From Octopus sinensis (lineage: Eukaryota), in NCBI RefSeq assembly GCF_006345805.1, contig NC_043021.1, positions 24,676,001 through 24,740,000 on the forward strand: DNA of 64,000 bases, read 5' to 3'. The notes under the pieces were generated by a model. The model searched no databases and was not told the DNA's origin. It was given only the letters and a program-made list of their open reading frames with translations. Both the position numbers and the translations under genes were made by a program. This document shows, one piece after another, positions 51,322-58,978 of this stretch. Positions within the stretch are counted from its first letter, which is position 1. The number at the start of each line of letters is the position of its first letter.

Positions 51322-54094
51322 TCATGAATGCTCATACAACCCAGTTCACTATGTTGTGACAAGTGATGAAAAGTGAAAAAAATGGCAAAAGAGATGCTTT
51401 ACTTGAGCTACTACTACAAACTGATGCTGCTATAATTGAACCTGCCAACTGTTGCTATGGCCATAATTGTTGTTGTTAGCAACTGGATAAACAACATACA
51501 AAAACACAAGCCAATAGCTAGTGTTCAATGAGATGACTAAAGCTCGGCTATGTCACGGTAGACCGATCCCAGCCTGTGATAAAGGGGTGTTAATCCAGGG
51601 AATGAAGTATTATCAATTAAGGTTTTTTTTTTCCTAAAGTGGCTGAGACAGATCTTTTCTTCAGAATGTTGGCCTCTTAGAAACCACCTTCAAATCTCTG
51701 CTCTTGTTACTGTCAAAATAAACTGAAGCTGCCAAACTTGAAGTGCTCTGAACAAACAAAACACCCAGTGCAGATAACAGTTATCAATCCGGTTTAATTT
51801 AGCTTAAAACTAAGAAACAAAGCCATCGTTCGCTAGGCTCTGCTTTCACACACAACGCAATAAGCTTGAAAAGGAACTACGTTGCTTGACTGGGCTTGGT
51901 GAAGCTGAATTGACTGTGGCAGTGATACATATCCAATGGCATAGTGATTGCAGTGAAGAAGAGATGATATTGATTGGCTATTGATGATTAGTATTATTAT
52001 TATTATTATTATTATAGTGGAAAGGTGGCCTAATGATGATGGCCATGATGATGATAAACTTAACTTCTATTTCTGTAGTGCATGTAAACATCTCAATCAG
52101 AGATGACTCTCTCTCTCTCTCTCTCTCTCCTTCCTCTTTATCAGACTAAAACCTTTCCTGTGTCATGTTCTCTATATGAAAACCAAACAGTGAGGTTGGT
52201 GTTAACAGCATAGAATGAATCAAGGAATTTTAAAATTAAAAATACAAGATGGACAATAGAGTAGAGAGAGAGAGAGGCTGATCCTAGCAGTACAGTGACA
52301 ATGTTGAAAAGGTTTCAGTCTTATTAGACCTCCTCTGCATAACATTCACAAATAATCTTGTCTACCAAGTCAGTTTTGTCTAGTAAACACTATACTTCAC
52401 TGATGAGGACTAATAAGACTGAAACATATCCAGAGTTGTACTGCCAAGATCAGATTCACTCACTACATTCTACTTCTAATTCTTTCTAATTAAAATTTTA
52501 AGTTTGTTTCTTATTGCTCGTCTGACCAGAAATCAACATTATACAATTAATACACCAAGGAAGCAATTTTGATAAAAAAATTTCTTAGTTCACAACATTT
52601 GGTATATTAGTACAACCAGGAATATATTTCACAAAATTATATTTATAAATCCCAAAATCAACTGAGTCTTTTGATCTGTGTGCAACAAAAATCTAATGAA
52701 ATGATAGAATATAATCTCTAACCACCCACACTTCTCTCTGCTCTTCCCCCACCCATTTCTATTCACCTCCTAACCTTGACGGTCCCTCATGACACCTCAT
52801 CACCATTTTTGACTCGTATCTCTTTCCAGCTCCATACTGACCACTTCCACCCTCTCTTCTATGCCAGGAAACACCACTACAGCATGAAACCCATCCTGGC
52901 CCCTTTTCTCACACTTTGACTGCATCTCTTAGCATAAAGCCACCTCCCTACCTGGATCTTTGTCTTGCAGGATACATCACAACATCACTAATGTAGGTGC
53001 CAAAAAAAAAAAGAAAAAAAAAAGCACCAAGGGCATGTTTTAATGGGAAGCATAGAAATGATGCCAAAGCAGATACTAGAGCACAATGTAGTCTTTGGAC
53101 CGACTGGACCTTGTCAAACTGACCAATTCGTGTGTGCATGGAACCATGGATGTTAAATGATGATGGGGGATGGGAGCGTGACAATTTAATGCAGTTAAAA
53201 GGCAAAATAAACTCCAGTATCCCGACGAGACTGGATGGACACAAGGACCAAAAAATCACTGCATGTCAGAATGGTCCCATAGGAAACTAAAACCTTTCTT
53301 ATTTGGGATTCCAGGCTGTTGACTGTTAACCAAACATTTAAATAGATCTCCCCCTTTCCCCCCCCCATGGCAGTTATTTGATAAGAGCTTATCAAAATTG
53401 TTGGAGTAGCCCTTTGACAGAATCCCTTTTGACCTCAAGGGAAATATTAGGAGCCACACTCAAATCATTTTACTGTCCACTTTTCCATGATTTTCAGATG
53501 AAATTCTTTGAGGCAGATTCTTCATAGCCTGATGCCTTTCCTGTCACCAACCTTCAACTGTTTCAAAGCAAAGTAATACTTCCTACTGGCCAGACACATT
53601 TCCATGGAAAACTGGAAACAAATGACACTGCTTGTATGACAGTGACACTCGCTTACAACTATCACTTGATGCCAACACAAGGACACAAACAACAGGCTTC
53701 TTTGCAGTTTCTGTCTACAAAATGCACAAGGCTTTGATCAGGGCAATAGCAGTCATTTATTCAAGCTGCCATGAAGTGGGATTGAACCCAAAAGGCAAAC
53801 TTCATCTCACAACCATACCTGTACTCACTGACGTATGGCTAAGTATTATGTAAATATATTTGTGAAAGAGGTAAAATAAAAAAAAATTACTATCTTTGAA
53901 ATCATTTAAATTTAACATCAAAATTCCTTCCTTGTTGAATGGGTTGAGTAAAATCAGTTTTGAAAAGAAGTATTATGGTTCCACAATGTGCATTGCTAAT
54001 TAAAAGACCACTTACCATTTCTGTCTCCTTTTGGAATGCATCTAAAGAGTTCAGGTATCCATTGGCACTAAGATAATCCGCAACTGCTTTGTTC
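11726..54094 (-). CDS. PAFAH1B1: LIS1 / PAFAH1B1 (LisH + coiled coil + WD40 dynein regulator), 11 coding exons, 5'-partial
   Basis: Manual splicing of exons 54094-54016, 47971-47897, 36403-36197, 34059-33963, 33373-33302, 29439-29337, 27724-27628, 27542-27411, 24128-24027, 16147-15991 and 11799-11726 gives one open frame: [13 protein letters not shown]...[23 protein letters not shown]...[13 protein letters not shown]...[12 protein letters not shown]. These are hallmark LIS1 motifs. All introns are GT-AG with matching phases. Confidence 0.97.
12645..13426. repeat. Minisatellite, 17 x 46 bp (CATGGAAAAGCACGTGTGGCACCATGTAAAAACGCCTGTGCAGAGC)
   Basis: Units start exactly every 46 nt from 12645 to 13381; five variant positions in total. 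Confidence 0.98.
13427..13612 (+). mobile_element. Degenerate RTE 3' end contiguous with the minisatellite
   Basis: ...GACCGTCCAACTGATGCCAGCATGGACAACGGACATTAAATGACGATGAT matches the terminus at 32440-32498. Confidence 0.75.
15991..16147 (-). CDS. PAFAH1B1: LIS1 exon: [52 protein letters not shown]
   Basis: 157 nt; ttttttgcag| and G|gtaag. Confidence 0.97.
16872..17325 (-). mobile_element. 5'-truncated RTE 3' UTR fragment between (TA)n tracts
   Basis: CATCATCGTTTAACATCCGCTTTCCATGCTGGCATGGGTTGG... is the reverse complement of the RTE tail. Confidence 0.85.
17347..18178 (+). mobile_element. Internally deleted pogo/Tigger-type (Tc1/mariner superfamily) DNA transposon
   Basis: Perfect 26-bp TIRs CAGTCAACTCTCGCTACTATGCCACC (17347-17372 and 18153-18178), TA on both sides, five subterminal TACTATGCCA repeats on the left and one on the right. 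Confidence 0.9.
17565..17978 (+). CDS. 137-aa fusion of Tigger-like transposase N-terminus and acidic C-terminus, no DDE domain
   Basis: N-terminal [14 protein letters not shown] resembles the first helix-turn-helix of CENP-B/pogo proteins. The C-terminal acidic tract and [12 protein letters not shown] resemble Tigger C-termini. AATAAA at 17994-17999. Confidence 0.55.
   Translation: MSAQKHKRTEFTLKEKKEIIDAAKNVIVGPLVSLVTSDTSYRSLYCPTCFTLEEIAKEVMHNKEPVESEDDEVIVEEEYVSFADAQRAWSTFRKFMQQKSSRKPSVMQVCDRLDNEMNEIRRKKMRQPTIFESFEIN
18632..18675. other. Perfect 19-bp inverted repeat with a 6-nt loop
   Basis: TGTTTGGCCATGGAGCAAA-ATAATA-TTTGCTCCATGGCCAAACA. Confidence 0.9.
19549..19754. mobile_element. Second TTAA-flanked MITE family
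   Basis: TTAA|CCCTTTAACATT...AATGCTAAAGAG|TTAA. Related copies at about 61427-61645 (inverted) and 63740-63887. Confidence 0.7.
24027..24128 (-). CDS. PAFAH1B1: LIS1 exon: [34 protein letters not shown]
   Basis: 102 nt; poly-T-ag acceptor, TTG|gtgag donor. Confidence 0.96.
25480..25907 (+). mobile_element. RTE 3' UTR fragment with internal repeats of about 60 bp
   Basis: GGCACGTAAAAGCACC motif repeated; the 3' part matches 32320-32498; (GAT)n tail. Confidence 0.85.
25999..26181. mobile_element. TTAA-flanked MITE (piggyBac-type ends)
   Basis: TTAA|CCCTTTTGATA...TAACAAAAGGG|TTAA. Related copies at about 13775-14030, 48435-48668, 59090-59297 and 63510-63730. Confidence 0.7.
26397..26562 (-). 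mobile_element. Short RTE 3' fragment nested in the microsatellite linker of a SINE
   Basis: High similarity to the reverse complement of 32330-32495; SINE body at 26220-26395 and SINE head at 26690-26835 flank it. Confidence 0.8.
27411..27542 (-). CDS. PAFAH1B1: LIS1 exon: [44 protein letters not shown]
   Basis: 132 nt; tttttag| and ACC|gtaag; follows an 85-nt intron. Confidence 0.96.
27628..27724 (-). CDS. PAFAH1B1: LIS1 exon: (G)[32 protein letters not shown]
   Basis: 97 nt; ctcttcag| and CAG|gtaat. Confidence 0.96.
29337..29439 (-). CDS. PAFAH1B1: LIS1 exon: (G)[33 protein letters not shown]
   Basis: 103 nt; cttgcag| and GG|gtaag. Not shown as an ORF in the track; translated by hand. 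Confidence 0.96.
29767..31694 (+). pseudogene. RTE ORF remnant (RT, PHD-type finger, C-terminal domain) with three 1-nt frameshifts
   Basis: Joins ORFs 29856.., 30053..30685 and 31230..31694. Frameshifts at about 29971, 30668 and 30888; no in-frame stops once these are corrected. Confidence 0.85.
31780..32225 (+). repeat. Three tandem copies of a unit of about 155 bp in the RTE 3' UTR
   Basis: GACAG(G/A)CACCCATGCCAACCCC recurs at about 31780, 31933 and 32091. Confidence 0.9.
33302..33373 (-). CDS. PAFAH1B1: LIS1 exon: (A)[23 protein letters not shown]
   Basis: 72 nt; atttcag| and G|gtaag. Confidence 0.96.
33963..34059 (-). CDS. PAFAH1B1: LIS1 exon: [32 protein letters not shown]
   Basis: 97 nt; tttttccag| and G|gttag; WD40 GH...WD pattern. 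Confidence 0.96.
36197..36403 (-). CDS. PAFAH1B1: LIS1 exon: [14 protein letters not shown]...SASEDATIK (coiled coil and first WD40)
   Basis: 207 nt, phase 0-0; gttttag| and |gtaag; matches ORF 36170..36403. Confidence 0.97.
36480..36844 (-). mobile_element. SINE family A (reverse)
   Basis: Reverse complement of the family consensus from head (GGCGCAGGAGTGGCTGTGTGG) to tail. Further degenerate copies at about 2740-2900, 3180-3300, 7260-7600, 25100-25330, 35730-36010, 44620-44770, 49000-49270 and 62050-62300. Confidence 0.85.
36950..36999 (-). ncRNA. Type I minimal hammerhead motif on the LIS1 sense strand
   Basis: Exact reverse complement of 37061-37110; predicted cleavage between 36960 and 36959 in the LIS1 pre-mRNA. 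Confidence 0.75.
37061..37110 (+). ncRNA. Type I minimal hammerhead ribozyme motif
   Basis: CAAAAACUGU-CUGAUGA-A-CG(GCAA)CG-A-GAA-ACUC(A)GAGU-A-ACAGAUUUUG: stem I has 9 of 10 Watson-Crick pairs, stem II is 2 bp with a GNRA loop, stem III is quasi-palindromic; GUA cleavage site at 37100. Confidence 0.75.
37317..37416. other. Assembly gap (100 N) within (TA)n
   Basis: N run flanked by TA repeats. Confidence 0.99.
37711..39495. mobile_element. Possible old hAT (Charlie-like) element remnant
   Basis: CAGT(T/G)GTTCTCAAAC at 37711 and 38109, inverted GTTTGAGAACCACTG at 39481-39495. The 8-bp flanks CTCGAAAT and CTCAAGAT match 6/8. Confidence 0.35.
39004..39226 (-). mobile_element. SINE family B with an 18-bp target-site duplication
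   Basis: TSD ATGTGAGCATAGAATACC at 38986-39003 and 39227-39244. B-box-like GAGTTCAAATTCC. Central GCCTTTCATCCTTTCGGGGTCGATAAA resembles the conserved Meta-type SINE domain (from memory, unverified). Confidence 0.88.
39900..40430 (-). mobile_element. Highly degraded LINE RT remnant (CR1/L2/Jockey-like)
   Basis: A frameshifted FA-DD..SLY motif at about 40096-40129 is the only clear sign. Confidence 0.25.
40437..40904 (+). mobile_element. Full-length tRNA-derived SINE (family A) with an internal (TA)n(TG)n linker
   Basis: Pol III A-box-like TGGCTGTGTGG (40447) and B-box GGTTCAGTCCC (40490); shared 3' end ...CAAATGACTGAAACAAGTAAAAGAG. Confidence 0.88.
42396..42770 (-). mobile_element. SINE family A (reverse)
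   Basis: Reverse complement of the 40437-40904 sequence. Confidence 0.88.
46903..47303 (+). mobile_element. Non-autonomous Helitron (401 bp)
   Basis: Starts TC(TTTATATATAAAAG), ends CTAG, inserted between A46902 and T47304 with no TSD; subterminal hairpin AACGCC-G-GGCGTT (47283-47295); internal tandem duplication of about 100 bp. Confidence 0.8.
47897..47971 (-). CDS. PAFAH1B1: LIS1 exon: [25 protein letters not shown]
   Basis: 75 nt, phase 0-0; acceptor ttttaaccag|, donor AAG|gtat. Confidence 0.96.
50538..50979 (+). mobile_element. Full-length SINE family A
   Basis: Nearly colinear with 40437-40904. Confidence 0.88.
52277..52452. mobile_element. Degenerate inverted repeat with decayed hammerhead motifs
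   Basis: Plus arm: CTGATGA-GGAC-TAATAA-GACT-GAAAC...GTA-CTGCCAAGATCAG (52400-52452). Minus arm: GCAGAGGA-GGTC-TAATAA-GACT-GAAAC...GTA-CTGCTAGGATCAG (52339-52277). Confidence 0.45.
52950..53450 (-). mobile_element. Degraded CR1/L2-like LINE C-terminal remnant
   Basis: [11 protein letters not shown] resembles the LE.VQRR motif at the CR1/L2 ORF2 C-terminus; weak. Confidence 0.25.
54016..54094 (-). CDS. PAFAH1B1: LIS1 exon (LisH motif): [26 protein letters not shown]
   Basis: 79 nt; acceptor ttttag|G, donor ATG|gtaag; 1 nt plus 26 codons. Confidence 0.95.
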
Positions 54095-55539
54095 CTAAAA
54101 ATAAATATTAGTTTAAATTAATTGCAATTTCAATATTAATTTTTAACATGGCAATATTCTAGGTTTAAAAAAAAAAATAAACGTTTAATTTATTGGAAAT
54201 GAAAGAATAAAAAGTTATGGCATTCAGAATTTAACAAAAATAAGAAGGGAATTCAAACTGGAAATTTTAAATGAAGACAAAAATTCCAACTTCTTCCTGC
54301 TAAAAGTCTCTTCTCACATATGAGAGCAGAGTGTATTGTCGTCAGTCAACCAATGCAATTTTCTTTTTTTTTTTTTACTCAATACTTCTTTTCTACAAGA
54401 TTTGAACCCAAAACAGTGAAGTACTTATTCAAGGTTCAGTCACAAGAGGAAAGGCAACGGTAAGCATGCCCCTTTTCTTGCAGTACATTTAAGACCAGCG
54501 GGGCAAACAAGAAACCCTAACTCACAGGTTATCCTCAAACAAAAGCCCTAATCTAAAGGTTGGCACCAAAATGGCACTGTTAAAAGCACCACTCAAGAGC
54601 AGATACAATTCATGTAAAAGGGGCTCCAAAGTTTGTCTCCACAGTTTTACAAGGTTTGGGTTAGTCTAAATCTGGTAAAAGACACTTGCCAACACAGGCA
54701 GCAATCCCAACCCAACAGGGAGCAATCCTGTCCCAACACAGGGACGAAACACTATAGTGGCTTCCTGCTAACTTAAAAAGCCATGTACCTCTTCCCAGGG
54801 ATAAAAAAGCATTTGTATAGAGCCACCATCCTTACTTAAACAAAAAAGTAAAGTTACAGAACCATCAATGGCAATTCAAAACCAACAAGAGCTGGGAGAA
54901 GAAGACAGCCTAGAGTAGAGAACAGTAGAGAGAAGTTATCAGCAGTCTATGTCCCAGACAGGGGTGAATGAAGGACTTAAGTTGGGAGACAGTTAACAAA
55001 ACTCACACTTCCCACAGCTTAAATCCCACCAAAAGCAAATTCAACAACCTCAAGACGACCTTCTTCCTGCTCCCTACTTTGTATTCTCTTAAAACCACAG
55101 TCTACTCCTTGTTCTGTTTTCTCTTTAATCTGTACTCTATATTCTGCCACCATTTATTCATATTAGGGTGTGAAGAGATCCTCATTAATTCACTGCAATA
55201 GCAGCCAGCCAGCAAGATAGGTTACTAAATACTAGTGGTATGGGTGTGAACATAGGAATTATCAAATCAACAGGAGACTCAGCTCAACAATGTAAAGCAT
55301 ACTTCAACGGCAGCCAAGCACGGCAAACATTTCTAATCTATTATTACTGGCTGTGGGAGAGCCATGTCTTAGTAAAAACCAGTCAGTAAGGAAAGGACAA
55401 AGAAGGGCTAGAGCTTCTACCTGACTCATTTCACTCCACACACCTTTCATACACACACATTTCTGTATACGTATATAAATGTGCATGCGTGTTTATACTG
55501 TATTTGTGAAAGTAGTATCAGTATCAAGTATTCTACATG

Positions 55540-55571
<32 letters not shown>

Positions 55572-55704
55572 CAAAAACTAAATTATAGCTTTTACCATAT
55601 ATCTTGTAATTCAGTTACAAGTTCAAATTTCACCACAATCATTAAAACAAGGTATCAATAATCTTTCCTCAATAATTAATTTACACCTTTATGTGTGTGT
55701 GTGT

Positions 55705-56782
55705 TTGAACCAGGTCATGAAAGTTATAGAGAGGAACATACCTCAACTAATTAAGAAGAGAGTTAACCTGTATGAGATGCATTTCAGTTTTGTGCCAAGC
55801 AGAAGCACTACTGATGCTATATTTCTGGGAGGCCAACTGCAGACGAAGCATTTAGCCAAGAATAAACCTCTGTACTTGGCTCCTGTAGACCAGGAGAAAG
55901 CCTTTGTGACAGAGTCCCCCATTCCCTTATCTGGTGGTTGGTGAGAGCAGTACAAACCTTGTACAAGGATTCTATCAACAAGGCAAAAGTCAGCAATGAC
56001 TATAGCACTGAATCTAGTGTACAGGTAGGAGTTCACTAAGGACTGGTTCTCAGCTTCCTCTAGTTTATCAAAGTCTTTCCTGTCATAACAGAGGAATTTA
56101 AGATTTTGGCTACCTTTGGGAGCTCCTCTACACTAATGATCTTATAGCTGAAACACAACTTGAACTACAGAGAAAATTTCAGGTGTGGAAGCAAGGTCTG
56201 GAATCAAGGGGCATTAGAGTTAATTGAATTAAGACCCCTCTTGTTCATCACTAAGGATCAGTACTCAGACCCCTCTTGTTCATCTTAGTCCTCCAGGTGA
56301 TAACAGAGGAATCCAAGACAGGCTGCCACTGGGAGCTCCTTTATGCTGATGACCTTGCTCTTATAGTTGAATCACTACAAGAACTAGAAGTTTCAGGTAT
56401 GGAAACAAGGTCTAGAATCGAAGATCCTTAGAGTTAACCTAGCAAAAACCAAAGTCTTCGTGAGTAGGAAAGACATGTGAAGCTAAGTAAAAATGTAAAA
56501 CTGTGGCCATCCATTCATACAGGCATGTCCTCTGTCCCTCTCTCACCCGAGAGGTCGTTCCCTTGAGGGCTCGCAGGTGCTGGTATCACATAAAAGCATG
56601 TGTACCAGTGCCACATTAAAAGCACCCAGAACACTCTGTAAAGTGGTTGGCATTAGGAAGGGCATCCAGCCATAGAAACCATGCCAAAACAGACAATAGG
56701 GACCTGGGCAGCTCCTGTCAAACTGTCTGTAACCTATGCCAACATGGAAACTGGACATTAAATGATGACGACGATGATGATA
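55705..56782 (+). mobile_element. Old, internally deleted RTE copy (RT fragments plus 3' tail)
   Basis: QVMKVIER...MHFSFVPSRSTTDAIF...AKNKPLYLA is homologous to 30295-30490. The WELLYADDL segment occurs twice (about 56035-56222 and 56248-56470). Ends in an RTE 3' UTR and (GAT/GAC)n. Confidence 0.85.
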
Positions 56783-57825
56783 TATAGATGTGCGCATGCA
56801 CACACACAGAGAGTTTGGTGTCAGTGTTATCAAAAACAGTTGCTAAAATAACTTGCAAAAATCAATTATTAAATTATAGCAAAACATTTGAAACTGGCTA
56901 AAAATGAGAAAGGAATATTTTCAGATTTTATCAATTATTTTTATTAAAATGCTTTACAATATATAATAATGAGTAACTGCACACACACACACACGTGTGT
57001 GTGTGTGTGTGTGTGTGTTAATGCTTACAGTATAGAAATACTGGGGCTTTTTAGACTAAACAAATATATCGCACGCATACACACGCACACAATGAGTTTT
57101 TAGATTTTAATAAAACCCAACAACAACAACATCACATTTTTAACATTTGCTTTAATAATTCCATTTCAGCAACCGTTATTCTTTGATCAATTGTAATTTT
57201 TGCAATCAACTGTTTACAACAAATTGCATTTCAATCAATTGAAACGCACAAATTCATTTTAACATACATATTACTACACACGCAGAGTTTCAATATGCAC
57301 ATGTGCATGCATGAGCACCACTTATACACTAACAAAACTCAACAAGCCATGAGTGAGCTTCTATGTGGTCACACAACCTGCCAGAAACAGCAGCTACATC
57401 CCTCATATCATCCAAATCACTAACTTAAAAATGGAAATGTGTTTAGTCCCACAGACAATAAAAGACATGATGGTCATGGCAGGAATGCTACTGAATCAAC
57501 ATGGAAGCTAAACATCACTAAAAGCTACAAAAACAAACACTGAGTCCCGTCATAGCCAAGCAGTCGAATGTAGCAGCTGGCAAAGAAACGGAATATATTT
57601 CCAGGTCTAACCAAATAAGTAGTTATGCTTCTAAAATGCTCATAGTGTTAAATATATTGGGAAATTCAAGGAAAACCATGTCAATTATCACTTGACAAAC
57701 ATAGTTCATGGGGTGCATGCAGAACAATGAAAATCCACAGAATAACATATCTATTCCTTAATACTTTCTGGTAAAGCATCAGATATTCACATCTGTTGCC
57801 AGAACATATTAAGAATTAAGAGATA

Positions 57826-58105
57826 TCATCATCATCATCGTTTAACATCCGCTCTCCATGCTAGCATGGGTTGGACAGTTCAACTGGGGTCTGGGAAGCC
57901 AGAAGGCTGCACCAGGCCCAGTCTGATCTGGCAGTGTTTCTACAGCTGGATGCACTTCCTAACGCCAACCACTCCGTGAGTGTAGTGGGTGCTTTTTACG
58001 TGCCACCGGCATGGATGCCAGTCAGGGCGGCGCTGGCATCAGCCACATTCAGATGGTTCTCTTACGTGCCACCGGCACTGGTATCACAGCTACAATTTCC
58101 ATTGA
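57826..58105 (-). mobile_element. RTE 3' fragment
   Basis: (CAT)n-CGTTTAACATCCGCTCTCCATGCTAGCATGGGTTGG...CTAACGCCAACCACTCCGTGAG. Similar short copies at about 5810-5960, 11875-12005, 27800-27960 (minus) and 62620-62850 (plus). Confidence 0.8.
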
Positions 58106-58559
58106 TGTTGATCGATTTTGATTTGTTTATTAATATAATTTGATTTGTTTATTAATATAAATAATACCTCTACCCAACAAAAAGAAAGCTTCAAAGAATG
58201 AATAAAGAAGCAGCTAAAACAGATAAAAAGTGATACATTTATCAAAGACAGGTGGAAAAGTCTTTTGCTTCTGGCAGGCATTTCAGTCATTAATTGTCCA
58301 GAATGAAATGTCCTTGAGACTAATGCAACATGGCCAGACTACAGTTTAAACAATTGTTTTTTAACACACTGGTTTTGTCTCATAATAGAGACATTTACAA
58401 GGTCGATTTCAAGAGAAAGATCTATGTATTTACATCTTAGCAATTAACTGGTCAAGTTCATGTCAAATAGACACTCAATAACCAATCTCGTCAATTGAAT
58501 AATCAATTTCTTTCGTTAGTCAACACCATAATTTGCTTACAAATACCTTCCAATTGATA

Positions 58560-58978
58560 GGTTTAACTTCTACTTTCCCATGCTGGCATGGGTTGGGTGG
58601 AGTTTACTGAGGTAAATTTTCTATGGCCAGATGTCCTTCCTGTTGCTAATCCTTACCTGTATCCAAGTAAGGTAGTATTTCTCTTTGGCCAGACATGTTT
58701 TCGCAAAATACTTCAAATGAAGGACACTACTTCTATGACAATCATTTACAACTATCATGTGATGTCATGACAAACACATAAACATCATTATACACACACG
58801 CACGCAACAAGCTTCTCTCTGTTTCCATTTACCAAATCCACTCTCAGAGTTTTGACCTGGGATTATAGTGTTAGAAGACACTTGTCCAAGATGCCTTGCA
58901 GAGGGACTGAACCTGAAGCCGTGTGGTTAGGAAGCAGACTCCTCGACCACACCCACACCCACACACAGCCATGCCTAA
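58560..58978 (-). mobile_element. SINE family C: family A-like tRNA head plus RTE-like 3' tail
   Basis: Head shared with family A; tail TTTAAC..TTTCCCATGCTGGCATGGGTTGG homologous to the RTE 3' end. Other copies at about 18560-18890, 34200-34605, 53460-53822 and split around the LINE (29499-29766 plus 32499-32650). Confidence 0.7.

Noticed and set aside
58499-58528. ATGGTGTTGACTAAC (MVLTN...) resembling the LIS1 start
   Set aside because: In-frame TGA after eight codons and no GT donor at the expected position.
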